Source: Eledone cirrhosa
Lineage: Eukaryota
Assembly: GCA_964016885.1 (NCBI GenBank)
Contig: OZ024741.1
Coordinates: 191,084,001 to 191,148,000, forward strand
DNA length: 64,000 nucleotides
Direction of reading: 5' to 3'
In this document: piece after piece, positions 40,425-53,014 of the stretch
Layout: every line of letters begins with the position of its first letter
Numbering within the stretch: position 1 is the stretch's first letter
The notes under the pieces: model-generated
The model's database searches: none
Told to the model about the DNA's origin: nothing
The model's input: the letters and a program-made list of their open reading frames with translations, nothing else
Made by a program: the position numbers and the translations under genes

Positions 40425-42253
40425 GTTCCACATTGCAAGGCAGTGTGTCAATGCAAATCAGGATGTTGTTGGAGATAAATGTGTCCAGAATGATGCCGGT
40501 GTACTTAGTGTCACAAATGATCAGAAAAAGGAGGCCTGCAAATGTCATTATGAGAGACTGATAAATGTGGAAAATGAATGGGAGAGAGAGAAATTACCCT
40601 CAGTGGATCTGACAGAGGGACCAGCTATTGAGATTGATGAATATAGAGTCCAAGAGGCGATTAAGGAAATGAAAAATGGTAAGGTCGCTGGACCGTTGGG
40701 GATAGTTGCTGAGATGCTGAAGGCATCAGGAGACGTAGGCACTGAACTGGTTGCACACATCATCAATCAGGCTATTTATGGCGGTGTCATACCCAAAGAC
40801 TGGTGCAGCAGTATTCTCATAAATTGCTACAAAGGTAAAGGGGATGCTCTGGAGAGGAGCAATTATAGGGGTATAAAATTAATGGATCAGGTTATGAAAG
40901 TGGCAGAAAGGATATTAACACAACTAATTAGAGAAAGGGTCAAACTAGATGAGATGCAGTTTGGTTTTGTGCCTGGGAAAGGTACAACAGATGCCCTCTT
41001 CTTGGTGAAACAATTACAAGAGAGGTTCTTAGAGAAGAATAGGCCACTATACTTAGTTTTTATTGGCCTAGAGAAGGCCTTTGATAGGGTACCCCGATCT
41101 GTCATCTGGTGGTCCCTAAGGAAACTATGTGTTGAGGAATGGCTTGTGAGGACAGTGCAAACTTTGTACAGAGGTGCTGTCAGTAAAGTGAGGGTAGGAA
41201 TGGAGTTTAGTGAGGAATTCCAGATACAAGTAGGAGTATATCAGGGCTCGGTCCTCAGCCCGCCCTTGTTCATTATACGTGCTGACGATCTGGTTCTTAT
41301 AGCAGAATCAGTAGAGGAGCAAGAGAATAAATTCTGGCTATGGAAACAGCAATTGGAATCAAGAGGACTGAGAGTGAACATAGCTAAGACAAAAGTGTTG
41401 ATAAGTAGAAAAGAGGACAAAACTCTGATTCCGTCTGGGAAATGTCCACGTTCGATATGCAGAAAAGGAACTGGCATAAATTCTATAAAATGCACACAAT
41501 GCCGATCTTGGGTACACAAGAGATGTAGTGGGATAGCAGGCAAACTAACAGGTATGTAGAAATACGTATGCAATAGGGAAATTAGACAGTAGAAGTCGCA
41601 TTGATAGACACATTTTTCCAATGCAGGTGGGTGCTATAGTGGTGGTTGATAGCTTCCGATACCTAGGTGATCAGATTAGCATGGGAGGGAGGTGTTCAGA
41701 GGCCATAGTATCTAGAATAAGGACGGGTTGGAACAAGTTTAGGGAGCTGCTTCCTCTGCTGACGAAGAAGGGTTTCTCCCTGCGTACGAAGGCCGGTTAT
41801 ATGATGCCAGTGTGAGGAGTGCGATGCTGTATGGTAGTGAGACATGGGCAGCAACTGCAGATTATATGCTACGGCTGGAGAGAAATGAAGCAAGCATGCT
41901 CCGTTGGATGTGCAATGTCAATGTGCATGAACGACCAAGCATAGACGAGTTGAGAAAGAAACTGTGTATAAGAGGGATAAGTTATGGTGAGAAGTCTGAG
42001 ATGGTATGGACATGTGATGCGCATGGAGGATGAACGCTGGGTAAAGAAGTGCCAAGAAATCCCAGTAGAAGGAAGATGCAGTAGAGGTAGACCACGTAAA
42101 ACATGGGCGAAGGTGATTAGAGCAGACCTCAGATCGCTGAAACTCACCGAGATGACGAAGGACCGTGACAAGTCGAGAGATGCTGTGCTGAATAGAACCC
42201 TTCCTACCCTTGCAAGCAGAGAAAAGCGGACGTAAAATGATGATGATGATGAT
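40423..42253 (+). mobile_element. 5'-truncated, internally deleted RTE LINE (family B, short 3' tail)
   Basis: RT motifs NYRGIKL, QFGFVPGKGT, LEKAFDRV, QGSVLSP, ADDL; Cys-rich CSIC..CTQC..WVHKRC-like insert; SFRYLG; RWYGHV; ends ccttgcaagcagagaaaagcggacgtaaaa(tga)n. Confidence 0.9.
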
Positions 42254-42869
42254 CATCATCATCATCTTCGTTTGACGTCCATTTTCCATGCTAGCATGGG
42301 TTAGACGGGAGTTGGCAAGCTTGGTGTCTCGCTCATATAGGACTATCTGGCAGGTTTTCTACGGCTGGATGCCCTTCCTAACACCAATCACATTTACAGT
42401 GTGGAACTTTTTACCGTGTTACCTACACGGCCACATTAGAGCGTGGACTGTGTGTGTTTTTTGTCGTGACACCTACACGATCTCGATCTCATTATCTCGT
42501 GCTGTTGGTGGGAGTGGGAGTATAGGATAGGGGTAGTGGATTGGGGTGTATATTTGGTTAAGAGGTGCCTACTGACTGTAGGTTTCGCTTTGTACATAGG
42601 CAAGGCGGGTCTTCTGTATTACTGCGTAACGCCAAATATCTCGGTCCAGAGACATTGTCTTAGAGAGATGTAAGTGTGTAAGGTCAGAATTTATCAGATC
42701 ATCCCAGGTTTTTCTGTAGTCTACCTACTCCGTAACTACCATCAATTTTGATCGCCCTGCACTTTTTTATGCAGTTGTCGTCTTTCATGCGCATCACGTG
42801 ACCATACCAACGTAGTCTTCTCTCAAGTAAACAGCATCTGATCCCTCTTATTCCTAATTTCTCACTTAG

Positions 42870-42873
<4 letters not shown>
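42254..42873 (-). mobile_element. RTE family A 3' fragment, tail-to-tail with the previous element
   Basis: Collinear with 62947-63620; (CAT)n tail joins the (GAT)n tail of 40423-42253. Confidence 0.85.
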
Positions 42874-42913
<40 letters not shown>

Positions 42914-43158
42914 AACTTAAAATGGTGTGAGAATAAGAAGAAAGCAAGAAGGCGGGGGGGGGGGGAGGTCCTTCGGGTGGTTTTCTGCTGGCATATGTTG
43001 TGTGTATATTGATATTACACGCAAGTATATATGCATGTAGATATGATCAAATAAAATCGTAATTGACAATATACACAGAAATTGAACGAAGACTGTGTTA
43101 CAATGTCTTATGTAATCAGTAACGTAATCCATGATACATTAAAAACACACGATATCTA

Positions 43159-44762
43159 CAGTGCCCCGCAAAAGTTTACAACACATTAGGAAAAATGCAG
43201 TTTTAGGTATTTTTAATAAAGTTAGGGTAATGAAAATTTAACTACTGATAGAACATATAATGAGGCATTTAATGATACAATCATATTTTTAAAAAAATAA
43301 CAAGGAAATAACACATGAAGAAAAATCAATATTTTTATAACGCAAAAGTTTACAACACATTTTATATTTATCGCTTTTTTTCAAGAAAATTCTTAAATTT
43401 TCAGATTTAAAATTCAGTAGAATGTTCTAGATTAGGTTTAAGGTAACTTCTAAGGACTATTAAAAACATTACATCATTATTTGTCTGACAACCATCCTGT
43501 AAATATTGACAACCGTCCTGTAAACATGGACAATATGGGGAAAAATAAACTGATTGATCAAGACCTCTGTAAACGCATTGTAGACCTTCATACAAATGGT
43601 GTTGGTTATAGAAAGATATCTTGTCAGTTAAATGTGCCATTGAGTTCAGTTGGTACAATAATTCGTCACTGGAAATCTCATCATTCCATCTGTCCTCTAA
43701 TTAGTTCTGGTTGTCCTAGAAAGATAACGAAGTGTGCAGCTCAGTTATTGACGAGAAAGGTTGGCAACGAACCCCGGTGTACTCTTAAAAATCTTCAGGA
43801 TGACCTAGAAGAAAGTGGAGTAAAAGTGAGCACAGATACAATTAGTCGTTCACTTCGTCGATATAATATCTTCTCGAGGTCTCCAAGGAAAACACCACTT
43901 CTTACGAGGAAACACGTTCTTCGTCGATTAAACTTTGTAAATGAGCATCTCATCAAACCTGCGTCATTTTGGGAAGATGTACTTTAGTCGGACGAAACAA
44001 AAATTGAACTTTTTGGTCGAAATGCTGTGGCAAAAGTCTGGAGAAAGAAAGGTACTGAATATTCGCTGAAGAATACTATTCCAACTGTAAAATTTGGAGG
44101 TGGATCAATCATGGTCTGGGGTTGCTTTAGTGCCACAGGAGTAGGAAATATTGAAATAATAGAAGGAAGAATGGGTGGCACTTATTATAGAGGTATTTTC
44201 CAAAGGAATTTACATCAAAGTGCACATTCTCTCAGCTTAAAGCCAGGTTGGTTTTTTCAACAAGATAACAATCCAAAGCATACTGCAAAGCTAACACAAT
44301 CTTGGTTAAGTACGAATGGAATAAATGTTCTAAAATGGCCAAGTCAGTCTCCAGATCTTAACCCGATCGAAAATTTGTGGAGAGAATTCAAAAAAGGAAA
44401 CCCCAAAATATCCCTGAACTAAAGAAAATTTGTTGTGAAGAATGGATAAATATTAGCCAAGAAACATGCAAGAAGTTTGTAGGAGGCTACTCCAAACGCC
44501 CTATAGGCTGTAATTAGCAACAACGGTTACGCTACGAAATATTAAGAGATGATTTAATAAATGTGTTGTAATCTTTTGCGTTATAAACATATTGATTTTT
44601 CTTCATGAGTTATTTCCTTGTTATTTTTTTAAAACTATGATTGTATCATTAGATGCCTCATTATATGTTCTATCGGTAGTTAAATTTTCATTGCCCTAAC
44701 TTTATTAAACATACCTAAAACCGCATTTTTCCTAATGTGTTGTAAACTTTTGCGGGGCACTG
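43159..44762 (+). mobile_element. Tc1-family DNA transposon, IR-DR type (1604 bp)
   Basis: TA|cagtgccccgcaaaagtttacaacacatt ... aatgtgttgtaaacttttgcggggcactg|TA. TIRs ~205 bp, each with an inner repeat of cgcaaaagtttacaacacatt (43168, 43341). Confidence 0.95.
43535..44545 (+). pseudogene. Tc1 DD34E transposase, inactivated
   Basis: MGKNK...SGCPRK...; VL*SDETK (premature TAG at 43985); QQDNNPKH; WPSQSPDLNPIENLW; frameshift near 44395. Confidence 0.92.
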
Positions 44763-45133
44763 TATATATATAAAACAGAGGATGTCTGTCTGTGTGTCTG
44801 TTTCCCTAAATCTCGAGAAGTACCAAACCGTTTTTTTTCAAACTTTACATATGTAACCCGTATGGCCCCGGAAGTGTTTTGAGCCAAAAAAAAATTAAAT
44901 TATTCTGACCTAGGGATCGAATTAGTGAAGTGGCCAATGTATGTACATAATGAGGGAGTGAGAGGGGAGAGAAAGAAACGGAGAGGCGAAGTGAAGAAGT
45001 GGCTCTCTACTCCACCTCCTCCTTCTCCCCATTCGTCACAGCGTTTTTCGATAGAGGGGATAAATGTGAACGAGTTACAGAGAGAAAGAGTGAGAGTGAA
45101 AGAAACAGACAGACTAAAAGAGGGGGATAGCGG

Positions 45134-45165
<32 letters not shown>

Positions 45166-45947
45166 CAGACGCCGTCTTTTGAGAGTTGTATCCGTCAAAG
45201 ATACATGACAGTGGAATAACTATTGCGTGTGTGTGTATGTGCGCGCGTGTGTATGTGAGTTTGTGTGCGTTTGCATCCGTGAGTGTGTATGTGTGCGTGA
45301 GTGATTATAAACTCTCTCACATGGTCTGATGGAATTAACCCTTTAACATTTACATTACTCTATATATATACCATATTATGTTCATGGTAAAGGCTTTATC
45401 TCACATAATATAAACATCTCATAGATTTAATATTATTTATTTTGAGAACAATACCTTAATCCTTTAGTATTAATGTGAGTGAGTTATAAAGAGAAAGAGT
45501 GAGAGTGAAAGAAACAGACAGACTAAAAGAGGGGGATAGCGATGAGAGAGAGAGACGCTGGAAGAGGGGAAGGAAAGCTATAAGTAATTAACACGTGTGC
45601 GTGTGTGCGTGCGCGCGTGTGTGTGTGTGTGCGTGTGCGTGTGTTCGCGCAGGGTTCCATTATGAGTTAAATCTATTAACGTGTGTGTGTGTGTGAGTTT
45701 GCGTGCGTTTCTGCGCGTGCGTGCTTCAGTGTGTGTGTGTACTTGCGTGTGGCGTTTCATTTACGCCATTTTTGTCACTGACAACATATTCACTATCTTA
45801 CACTCATTCCAACCGCTGCTCTTACTGTTACCCCTCTCTCTATCCATACCCCGTTCGGAAATCACATGCATCGGTTTTTAATTCACTGACGAGTTTACTC
45901 CTTACTCTGCCAGTGAGTTTCAGTGTACTTCGTACTGCTTTTAGGTC

Positions 45948-46451
45948 ATGCCTCGAAGGAAGAGATACTCCATTGGCCGAAAAACAGCGAAAGCAGCAAC
46001 AACACGAACAGGGCGGGCAAACGAATAGTCAGTGGAATCTGCTATTCGACGGTCGCAAGATGTTAAACGTGCTGCCACCAGAAGAGCACTTGAAACAGAC
46101 AATCAACGAACCATTCGCCGAACCGCTAATGCCGCATCAACTTCTGTTGCACGAGCAGCCGAGACGGACGACCAACGTAAAAGACGTCGGAGTATGGATT
46201 CCGTGAATACTGCTGCTGCGCGAGCTACACAGACCTCGCAGGAACGAGACATTCGACTACAATGTAATGCTCAACGAAGGGCCTTTGGACAGGGTATTTC
46301 AAGGCCGCGTAGCTCACGATGGTCCTTGAAAGCATTCGAGTACAACCCTGACTTTGATTACAGTGGCCATCCAGACATGAGAATTGGGAGTATGTCAAAG
46401 ACGTGCTCTTTCTGCAATGCAAAAAAGTGGCCCGGAGAAACACCTGGCTTG
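45948..46451 (+). pseudogene. Helitron Rep/Hel N-terminal fragment
   Basis: MPRRKR..., R/A/E-rich repeats, then AFEYNPDFDY...IGSMSKTCSFCNAKKWPGETPG (N-terminal Zn-finger region of Helitron proteins). Confidence 0.8.
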
Positions 46452-46530
46452 TATATATCTAAAACAGAGAATGTCTGTCTGTCAGCTCACTAAAACTCGA
46501 GAACCATCCAACCGACTGATTTCACACTTT

Positions 46531-46578
<48 letters not shown>

Positions 46579-46901
46579 TAAAATAACATATTAAAGTTTA
46601 AGCAAAGAATCGCTGCTTTCAACCTGAACGGGATCTTCTGAAACTAAAAAAATCAATCTGTGAACGCAGATGTAAATATTTCGAAAACCGTTGCAACCGA
46701 AGGAAAACAGGAAGACGATACTTTGGTTCGTGAAGACGTTCCCTGGCACAAGAATATATATATATATACACACACACTATAAATACATATATACACACAG
46801 ACTGATCGCGTCATAATGATGTAATGACAGACAGCCAGACATACAGACAGATAGTATAAGGGTGCAACGTTATATCTATGAATCTATCTAAAAAGAAAAA
46901 C

Positions 46902-46956
<55 letters not shown>

Positions 46957-47019
46957 GGGAGAGAGAGAAAGAGAGAAAAAGAGAGAGAGAGAGAGATCAC
47001 TAAATCACCTAATATATAT

Positions 47020-47136
47020 ATATGAAAAAGTTTGTCCTTCATCAGTGGCCTTCCAACCGTCACAGGCATTTCATCGCTTTGATGAAATGCCTGTGACGGT
47101 TGGAAGGCCACTGATGAAGGACAAACTTTTTCATAT
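47020..47136. repeat. Perfect palindrome, 56-bp arms, 5-nt loop; contains a CTGATGA half-core
   Basis: 47020-47075 is the exact reverse complement of 47081-47136. Confidence 0.9.
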
Positions 47137-47179
47137 GTAACCCATTTGCAGCGCCGCAGCTCCATTATTAACATATTTA

Positions 47180-47256
<77 letters not shown>

Positions 47257-48117
47257 GTGTACAGATATTTTTGCATACACAATAAAAAAAATATAAACAA
47301 ATGGATTTATTTCACGAGGCTCGATAAGGATAAATATGTGGTAAAATGAATGTATCCTAGTTGGATTGTTTCTTGACACAGACGCGAGGGAAGGTCCCTC
47401 GTCTATTTACAATTTTTGTTTGTGAGAATTATAACAAAGTGAGTGGGTGTGTGCGTAATCAAGACAATAACCACAACGAGAGTTATATTCAACAAATGTA
47501 AATAATGGTGATGTTTATTTGTATTACAAATGGAACGTACCAAATATAGACGCGGTCAGTTGTGGTGAATTACAATTACAAAAGTATTGTGGGGTTTGCT
47601 GTTTGCTGTTCCCTTGGCTGTTTTCTGTGGCGTGGTACAGAGGCTGTTTTCTGGCGTGTGTTCAGTCTGCTTTTCAGTGGCTGTCTGTTTACCTCTCCTG
47701 TTCTCAACCAGGGGGAGATAACTATGAGTTGTTCTATTATCCGACAGGGGGCGTGAGGCGTCTTACTACAAATATATATCAATATAAGAACCCTAGATCA
47801 AATCCCGAGCAACCCCGGGCCATTCTGCTAGTTATATATAAACTGTATTAGGAGAAAATTAGTGACAGAAATATATGAATATTTATTAAAACGCGCGCTA
47901 ACCGGAAGTGTTGACATTTGGAAATTTTAAAGAAGTGAATCTTTAAATAAGTAATAAAATATATTTAATGAACAGCCACGAAATTTAGTAGATAAATCAT
48001 GTAATATTCATTCATTATTTATTCAAAGTAATCCAACTTATTTTACTAAGGGGGTAAAAAATTATAAACCGTACGCAGTCCCGCGCTTCTTACTTTATTA
48101 TAGTTTAGATATATAAA

Positions 48118-48853
48118 GTTGAAAGAGATAGAAGGCCAAACATTGCAAACTGGACTGTAAGATGAGGTAACGAAAAGTAAAAGTTACCTGGTAATCTTTG
48201 TTTTGTTTTGTTGTTGTTCTTTTATCTGTCCAATATTTCGGGACCTAAAAGTCCCTTCATCAGAGTTTAAGAACCTTCAGTGGATAACGTACCAATTTCC
48301 TCTCTTTGGGATACAATTTTGGTTTTGATTAACATTTTTTTAAAAGTCGTTTTCAAGCGTTTTTCGATGGTTACTTCACTTTCCACATGATAGAAATATG
48401 GGCAACTTAAGAATTAAGGAAGTCTTGCTCATACGTCGACTCAACCGACAAATAAATAATAGATTAGAATTCAGCACACAGTACTTGGCATAAAAAGATA
48501 AACCCACAGGCACACAAACTAAAAATCTCATACAAAAAAGAAAATTGATTTCGTGAAATACTATATTGGCAATTGATGTCATTCACATGGAAAGCGAAAT
48601 AACCATCGAAAAACGCTTCAAAAAGACTTATAAAAAATTTAAATCAAAACCAAAATTTTATCCCAAAGAGAGGGAATTGAAACATTATCCACTGAAGGTT
48701 ACTTAAACCCTGATGAAAGGACTTTTAAATCCCGAAATATTGGATAGATAAAAGAACCCCAACAACAAAACAAAGATTACCAGGTAACTTTTACTTTTCG
48801 TTACCTCATCTTACAGTCCATTTTGCAATGTTTGGCCTTCTATCTCTTTCAAC
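48118..48853 (+). mobile_element. 5'-truncated Penelope-like element with inverted pLTR
   Basis: Inverted arms ~48118-48373 / ~48600-48853. Spacer translates NLRIKEVLLIRRLNRQINNR...* (GIY-YIG L.IKE.L.I....IN tail). Arms carry CTGATGA-agggac/gtccc-GAAA (48710-48737 and mirror at ~48237-48264). Confidence 0.78.
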
Positions 48854-48905
48854 GTTATGTGTGTGTCTATGTATATATGTGTATGTATATATATATATAA
48901 ATATA

Positions 48906-49251
48906 TGGAGGCACATGGCTTAGTGGTTAGAGCACTGGCCTTGCAATCGAAAGGTTGTGAGTTCAATTCTCAGACCGGGTGATGTGTTGTTTCCTTGAGC
49001 AAGACACTTTATTTCACATTGCTCCAGTTTACTCAGCTGTAGAAATGAGATGATAGGGACTGGGGTCCCTATCATTCCACTGTAAAGTGGTCGTGGAGGT
49101 GCCACGGCAGAAAAGCACCCAGCACTCACTGTAAATGAGGTTGGTGTTAGGAAGGGCATCCAGCTGTAGAAATCAAGCCAGAATCAGTTCCTGTCCCACC
49201 CTTGCAAGCAGGGAAAAGTGGACGTAAAATGATGATGATGATGATGATGAT
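48906..49251 (+). mobile_element. Full-length tRNA-derived SINE family 1
   Basis: A box tggcttagtgg, B box gagttcaattc, ccttgagcaagacactt central block, RTE-like body, (GAT)n tail. Confidence 0.9.
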
Positions 49252-51730
49252 ATGACCCTATATTTATATGCATATGTGGAACAGTCTGTATATATCTACG
49301 TATATGTATGTATATGAGATAAACTGTATTAGAGAGAGTTTACTTTATAGAGTTACATATTAATAACGACTGCTCCTTAAATGTTTTGAGCTGATCTATT
49401 CCTAGCGTCAATACGCCTGTCGTATTGTCCTAATACTCCGAGTAAATAACTTTCATACAGTATTGGAGTTGCATCATGCTGCTGTACCATGTGGTTTTTT
49501 TATGGGGTATGATTATATGATATATATTCAGATAGTCTCTTTGGGTAGTTATATATATACAGCAATTCAATACAACATCTTGTTCACATATATGATGTAG
49601 AAATGGTTTGGTATGTATGATAATTTTTCTGCTTGTCCCATATTCTTATGAAGAACTCACCTCATGATAACATTTCAGTTCTTTCAGTATTGGTTATTCC
49701 AGTGTTTTGAAATTTCAAATGCTGTTCCTTTGTGATTTTGAAACCATTGTTGGGGCATTATATAAGTTAGAATTGGTTTCCTTTAGCCAATTTGACTAAA
49801 CATGTGATTTGGGCTTAAATTTAATATAAATATATCTATCTATATATATTATCTTTTGTACTTTCCAATATATATATATATATATATATAAGCAAAGCAA
49901 AGGTATATTTAATTTGTTGGTAATTCAACAAATATAGATATTTATAACTGATTCAAGCACCCTACAGGTTTTCTGGAGTATAATATCAATGATATTAATA
50001 AATGGAAACTATATTTATAAAACCATATTTATTCTATTATATATATTTCAAAGGTACCAAAACTTTGGTACGCTCTCATCAGATAAAATACAAAGTTTGT
50101 TTTATAAATATTGACATATCCAGGAATGAGATCTTAACGGTTCAAGTTTTACCTGGATAGTAAAGGAAAAGGGGGAAAGAGAGGAAAAATCAAATATTTC
50201 AAATTATTAAGATGAATATGCAAATGAGGTTGAGGTATAGGGCTGAAAAAAACGTTATTTTTAGACGCTTGGTCGATTTAAATAATTATTAGGATATATA
50301 TATGTGTGTGTAGGAAAAAGAAAGCGAAAGAAAGAAAAGCTTGTATTTACATGAATTTAAAAAGATTGAAATGTTAAGGATTAACAGTTTGTTGGAGTGG
50401 CGGAATATGATTCCAGAATTAAAAAAAATATTTAGCTAAATTATGAGTTATAATATTATATATATAATCAATTAGATTGTATGAAGAATTATGGTTGCAA
50501 GTACATTTTATCTTATTATATTACATTGTAAGTATATAAATATCTATATAGATTAATAAGTGTATAAATATAAGTATTATTGGTAATTTTATAGATATAA
50601 GACACACATATGTATTCTAATATGAGTTACGAAGGATGTTGATTTTACATTTTACATAAATATTTAAGAAAAAGGCGTAGTTCAAATTATAAGAGAAGAA
50701 CAATTTGTAGATTCAAATATTTTCATCTAACATTGAAAATATTTTCAGAACATTATTAATTTAGCGAAATTACATAATTTATCATACAAGTTATTATGTC
50801 TATGTTTGCTCAATTGTAAAGGAAAAGATAACTCCGATATTATTTGTTAAACTATTAGATTTGATGAATAATTTTCTTAGAAAATGCGGAAAGTATGTAG
50901 AGAAAATTATATATTATTTTGTGTGAGATTATAAGGTATTTTATATTACATGTTTTCAAGGATGAGAATTTCAATTATATATTATCTACGTCGAAAGATG
51001 TGTGAAAAGTTTGAAGATTAAAGAGAGTAAAAATGTATTATTAGATGAGTCAAGAGTGCATTTAGAAGAACTATCGTAAAGAGGATATCTTTTAGAATGT
51101 CAATTAAAAAGTATCAATCTAAAAGAAATATATATAAATCTAAAAAATAGATTAAGAAGAGTATCATTAGGAAAATAATATCAATTGGTAAAAATACTAA
51201 ATTTAAGAAGAAAGATCATTTAAAAAATTTTTAATTTTTTTTTTTTTTTTAACTTTTTAAAAAAATTTTAAATTTAAAAAAATTTAAAAAGAATTTTTTA
51301 ATGATCTTTCTTCTTAAATTTAGTATTTTTACCAATTGATATTCTTTTCCTAATGATACTCTTCTTAATCTATTTTTTAGATTTATATATATTTCTTTTG
51401 GGCAAACATAGACATAATACCTTGTATGATAAATTATGTAATTTCGCTAAATTAATAATGTTCTGAAAATATTTTCAATGTTGGATGAAAATATTTGAAT
51501 TTACAAATTGTTCTTCTCTTATAATTTGAACTACGTCTTTTTCTTAAATATATATGTAAAATGTAAAAATCAACATCCTTCGTAACTCATATTAGAATAC
51601 ATATGTGTGTCTTATATCTATATAATTACCAATAATACTTATATTTATACACTTATTAATCTATATAGATATTTATATACTTACAATGTAATATAATAAG
51701 ATAAAATGTACTTGCAACCATAATTATTCA

Positions 51731-52463
51731 AGGCTCGGCTTATGCATCTGCAAGCCACACCAATGTCGCTGCGGATCCACCGTGGACCTTTTCGGCCTCC
51801 ACCCACTTTCCTGTCGCCATAGTGCTGGCCACCTTCCATGCCATGCTGCCCTCAACGAGGTCATAAAGCATGGCTTGGACGCTGCAGGCTTCCCTTCCCA
51901 TCTCGAGCCGGTGGGGCGGGACGGCAAAAGGCCAGATGGCATGACCATCTTCCTGTTCCGCGGTGGTAAACCCCTCGTCTGGGATGCCACCTGCACCGAC
52001 ACTTTTTGCAGCCGCAACCTGGTGCAGTCTGCAATTAACCCGGGTTCTGCTGCACGTTGGACTGAGGAGGCTAAACTCCTCAAATACCGGTCGCTCTCCA
52101 ACAGGTTTGTGGTTCTACCCCCGGCAGTGGAGACTTCTGGTGTCCTTGGCCCTAGGGCTACCTCCCTATTCACCAACATAGGCGCTGAGCTGGCCAGTCG
52201 CAGGTGTGAGCCCCGCGAGTTGGAGTGGCTTTTCCAGTGCGTCTCCCTTGCTGTCCTCCAGGAAAACACCTTCTCCATTCTGACCGCCGGGGCTGTGGCG
52301 GAGCCCCATCGCACATCATTCCATATTTAGTTGTGGTCGTCGTGTGTGTGTTTGTATATATCGCTTTTGTTTTCATTCAGCATCATGTCATTCTTCATTG
52401 CTTTTCTCAACTAATGAATTATATTTGGAAAAGTAAAATATTTTTAACCATAAAAAAAAAAAA
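51731..52463 (+). mobile_element. CRE-clade RLE non-LTR retrotransposon, 3' fragment
   Basis: GC-rich insert. CRCGSTVDLFGLHPLSC knuckle, HAALNEVI, EP..GKRPDG...WDAT, AVETSG; poly(A) at 52452-52463. Absent from the opposite arm. Confidence 0.85.
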
Positions 52464-52902
52464 CATCTAATTGATTATATATATAATATTATAACTCATA
52501 ATTTAGCTAAATATTTTTTAAATTCTGGAATCATATTCCACCACTCCAATAAACTGTTAATTCTTAACATTTCAATCTTTTTAAATTCACGTAAATAGCC
52601 TTTGTATGTCCTCCCACTCTTGCTGGTAATTAATGATGTTGATATTTATACATCTAGTACATCTGTAGATGCTGATGTCTTTCTTTCTTTTTCTTCTTCC
52701 TACACATATATATATATCCTAATAATTATTTAAATCTACCTAGCATCTAAAAATAATGTTTTATTCAGCCCTATACCTCAACCTCATTTGCATATTCATC
52801 TTAATAATTTGAAATATTTGATTTTTCCTTTACTATCCAGGTAAAACTTGAAATGTTAAGATCTCATTCTTGGATATGTCAATATTTATAAAACAAACTT
52901 TG

Positions 52903-52963
52903 TATTTTATCTGATGAGAGCGTACCAAAGTTTTGGTACCCTTGAAATATATATAATAGAATA
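52903..52963 (+). ncRNA. Putative minimal type-I hammerhead ribozyme
   Basis: tattttat CTGATGA gagcgtaccaaa-gt-tttggtaccctt GAAA tatata TA atagaata; mirror copy at ~50029-50090. Confidence 0.68.
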
Positions 52964-53014
52964 AATATGGTTTTATAAATATAGTTTTAATATCATTGAT
53001 ATATATATATATAT

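Larger units (their letters stand above)
43155..47831 (+). mobile_element. Helitron remnant(s), interrupted by Tc1, with a nested second 5' end at ~46452
   Basis: Removing Tc1 and one TA restores TC-tatatatataaaacagaggatgtctgtctgtg, matching the 37293 terminus. 3' hairpin cccgagcaaccccggg then CTAG at 47828-47831. Confidence 0.75.
49905..52995. mobile_element. Large Penelope-like fold-back (~820-bp arms plus inner palindrome 51115-51400)
   Basis: ~49990-50810 is inverted at 51400-51730 plus 52464-52995; hammerhead cores at both outer ends; same family as 20143-20557. Confidence 0.8.

Noticed and set aside
48906-48980. tRNA gene
   Set aside because: tRNA-like head continues into a SINE body and tail and recurs three times in the window.
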